DNA of 64,000 nucleotides from an uncultured Azospirillum sp. (GTDB lineage Bacteria; Pseudomonadota; Alphaproteobacteria; RF32; CAG-239): NCBI GenBank assembly GCA_902489795.1, contig CABUBU010000001.1, positions 41,956 to 105,955 of the forward strand, read 5' to 3'. Shown piece by piece: positions 61,596 to 64,000 of this stretch (position 1 is its first letter; each line of letters starts with the position of its first letter). The notes under the pieces were generated by a model. It saw only the letters and a program-made list of their open reading frames with translations, ran no database searches and was not told where the DNA came from. The position numbers and the translations under genes were made by a program.

Positions 61596-62998
61596 TGTTT
61601 CGCCGTTTGCTGCAACAACTGGTGTCTCCGCCCCGGCCGGCAACGGCAAGGCCGGCGGTCGGGCATGTTCCGACGGAAATCAAATTCAAAGTCATCGTTG
61701 CCGACTTTTACGACCGTGTCAGCAGCAGCGGCGGAGAAAAACTGGCCGAGCTGCTGCAAGGCGCGGAAGGGTTGGATGTCGCCAGTCTGAAAGCAGATTT
61801 TGACCTTTCTTTCCTCAACTTCGAAAGCCGCAATTTTTTTGACCTGATCGACCGCGGACAGAACCTGCTGGAAAAAACCGGCGCCGACGTCCTGATCTGG
61901 GGCTGCCGCGAAGAAAACCGGCTGCGGCTCAACTTCCAGACCCCGCGGCAGTACGAAAAAGAAGACGGTTCTTTCGTCTGCCTGCTCGACAGCATGTATC
62001 TGCCGGCCGACACGCTTGCCGGCGGCGAATTTCCGCAGCCGCTGCTCGATCTCTTGACCGGCACCGTCGTCAGCGCCGCCGACCGGCCGGACAAGGAATA
62101 CCGGATCTATAAAAAATATCTGCTGAAAAAAGTCATTGCCCGCATTTCAAAAATCGATTCCGCCAAATCCCTCGGGCTTGAGTACATGCCCTACATCATG
62201 AACCAACTGGGACTGATTTACATGACGGCCGCCGCCGACGGCAAAAACGAAAACGATTTCAAAATCATCGCCAATTTGTTTGAAACCGCCCTCAAATATC
62301 AAAAACAGATTTTTGAGCCGACGCACCTCGGCTGCATATACCTGCACCTCGGACAGTTAAACGACTGCGCCTCGGTTTACGCGAACAGACATTCGGACGT
62401 TTATTTCCGCGCCGCCATTGCCGACTACCGGCAGGCGCAGAAATACTTCGGCAAATATACCTATCCCTACGACCACGGCCACATTTGCTACAAACTTTCC
62501 GGCCTTTACTACAACTACTGGAAACGAACCGAAGACCTGCAGGCGCTGCGCGATTCGGTTTCGCAGCTGCGGGAATGCGAACGTATTTTCACTCAGGCGC
62601 AGTTTCCCGGCTTTTGGGGACATATAGAAGGCAATCTCGGCTACCTGCTGCACAACCTCGGCCACCGCACCCGGAGCCCCGACATCTGCCGGCTGGCCGT
62701 GGCCGCCTACCGCAACCAGCAGAAAATCGTCACCGAAAACCGGCAGCCGCTTTACTGGGCGCGGATCCAGCAAAAAATTGCCGAAACCTATTATCTGGAA
62801 GGCAAAATCTCCGCCAACCGCGAAGCTCTGGAAGAGGCGCTGGCCTGCTACCACGACGCGCTCTATATTTTTGAAACCGCCAAACGCACACAGGCCGCGG
62901 AAGAAGCCCGCACCGGCATCGCCAAAACCCGGCAGATGCTGGCCGAACTGGCGCCCGATGCGGGAGAAGAGGAAACGGAAGACTTTACTCAACCGTAA
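61592..62998 (+). CDS. hypothetical protein with a TPR-like helical repeat C-terminal half
   Basis: 468 aa. ATGA overlap with the upstream gene. Helical-repeat pattern with YY/W-rich repeats. Confidence 0.45.
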   Translation: MMFRRLLQQLVSPPRPATARPAVGHVPTEIKFKVIVADFYDRVSSSGGEKLAELLQGAEGLDVASLKADFDLSFLNFESRNFFDLIDRGQNLLEKTGADVLIWGCREENRLRLNFQTPRQYEKEDGSFVCLLDSMYLPADTLAGGEFPQPLLDLLTGTVVSAADRPDKEYRIYKKYLLKKVIARISKIDSAKSLGLEYMPYIMNQLGLIYMTAAADGKNENDFKIIANLFETALKYQKQIFEPTHLGCIYLHLGQLNDCASVYANRHSDVYFRAAIADYRQAQKYFGKYTYPYDHGHICYKLSGLYYNYWKRTEDLQALRDSVSQLRECERIFTQAQFPGFWGHIEGNLGYLLHNLGHRTRSPDICRLAVAAYRNQQKIVTENRQPLYWARIQQKIAETYYLEGKISANREALEEALACYHDALYIFETAKRTQAAEEARTGIAKTRQMLAELAPDAGEEETEDFTQP

Positions 62999-64000
62999 CC
63001 GATTTGGCCAGATTGCGCGGCTGATCGACTTCGCGCCCAAGCAGATCGGCAATATGATAGGCCAGAAGCTGCAGCGGCAGATTCAACAGCAGTGGCGAAA
63101 ACATTTCCGCGGTCGAAGGTACTGTCAGCAACAAATCGAACAGTTCTTCCGCCCGCCGGTCGCCGTCAAAGCTCACGCCGGTCAAAAACGCATGTCTGGC
63201 TCGCGCTTCCTCGCAGTTGGAAATCATTTTGTCATAAACCCTGCCGCCGGGCGCCAGCACCGCCGTCACCGGCATATTTTCGTCAAGCAGCGCAATCGGC
63301 CCGTGTTTCAACTCTCCCGCCGGATAAGCGTTGGCATTGACGTAGCTGATCTCTTTCAGTTTCAGTGCGCCTTCCTGCGCCGTCGGCAGATTGACGCCGC
63401 GGGCAATATAAATCATCTGCCGATAGTCTTTCAGCCTTTCCGCCGCGGCCTTCACTTTTCCGTCCTCGCTCAGCGCCTTTTCCATTTTGGCCGGCAGCTG
63501 CCGCAGTTCGTCGCGCAGTTTTCCGAGTTCGGCCGACAGCAGACTTCCCCGCGCGGAAGCAAGCGCCAGCCCCAAAAGGTACAGACAGGTCAGCTGGGCG
63601 GTGTAGGATTTGGTAGCGGCCACGCTGACCTCAATCCCCGCTTTCAGCGGCAGCAGACTGCCGGCATGGCGGACGATGCTCGAATCCTCGCGGTTAGTCA
63701 AAACCAGAATGTGCGCGCCGCATTCTTCCGCCCGTTTGACAGCGGTGATGGTATCGGCCGTTTCGCCCGACTGGGAAATGCCGATCGTCAGCGTTTTTTC
63801 GTCGGTCAGGCAACTCCGGTAAATATATTCGCTAGCAGCAACGACAGAAACCGGAATTTTCAGCCACTCTTCAAAAGCAAAACCGGCCACCGCCGCCGCG
63901 TGCAGGGAAGTACCACAGGCGATGATTTCAATCCTCTCCGCTTTGGCCGCGGCGGCAATGTTGACCTTCGGCAACAGCGGCGTTTCCCGCCCGTCGGCAT
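62985..64000 (-). CDS. glmS: glutamine--fructose-6-phosphate aminotransferase, C-terminal SIS domains (N-terminus outside the window)
   Basis: Two SIS domains and the canonical C-terminus ..NLAKSVTVE. Confidence 0.9.
   Translation of the reverse strand, partial: ADGRETPLLPKVNIAAAAKAERIEIIACGTSLHAAAVAGFAFEEWLKIPVSVVAASEYIYRSCLTDEKTLTIGISQSGETADTITAVKRAEECGAHILVLTNREDSSIVRHAGSLLPLKAGIEVSVAATKSYTAQLTCLYLLGLALASARGSLLSAELGKLRDELRQLPAKMEKALSEDGKVKAAAERLKDYRQMIYIARGVNLPTAQEGALKLKEISYVNANAYPAGELKHGPIALLDENMPVTAVLAPGGRVYDKMISNCEEARARHAFLTGVSFDGDRRAEELFDLLLTVPSTAEMFSPLLLNLPLQLLAYHIADLLGREVDQPRNLAKSVTVE

Overview
This is a 64 kb chromosomal segment with a GC-rich backbone (roughly 58-60% GC) from a Gram-negative, proteobacterial-type organism. 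The backbone is conserved core operons, and the gene order looks alphaproteobacterial (a DUF1058 SH3 protein, a fused DUF448-L7Ae gene, xerD next to aroK, short-form MetRS). Core content is: metG; rimP-nusA-(DUF448/L7Ae)-infB-rbfA-truB-rpsO-pnp; a V-type H+-pyrophosphatase; lptF/G-lptD-surA-ksgA; xerC/D; aroK; rpsB-tsf; dnaJ; tRNA-Arg(CCU); grpE; a trimeric [FeFe]-hydrogenase hydCBA; leuS-lptE-holA; rsmB; the glmS 3' end. Five AT-rich islands sit between these operons. They carry small membrane proteins, tandem paralogous acidic proteins, and a holin-like protein next to a T4-type lysozyme beside the tRNA. They also carry a Bacteroidetes-style lipoprotein with a 743-aa Cys-rich secreted protein, and two paralogous split loci, one with a clear serum-amyloid-A (SAA) domain. 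A translationally coupled lipoprotein-vWA-PP2C-Ser/Thr-kinase cluster (TerY-P-triad-like), followed by an NMO-family oxidoreductase, is the most system-like candidate. There is also a roughly 150-nt structured repeat in two or three copies with compensatory stem changes, and a pair of 63-bp palindromic direct repeats flanking a terminator. All calls come from reading the sequence and the ORF track; no database searches were run.
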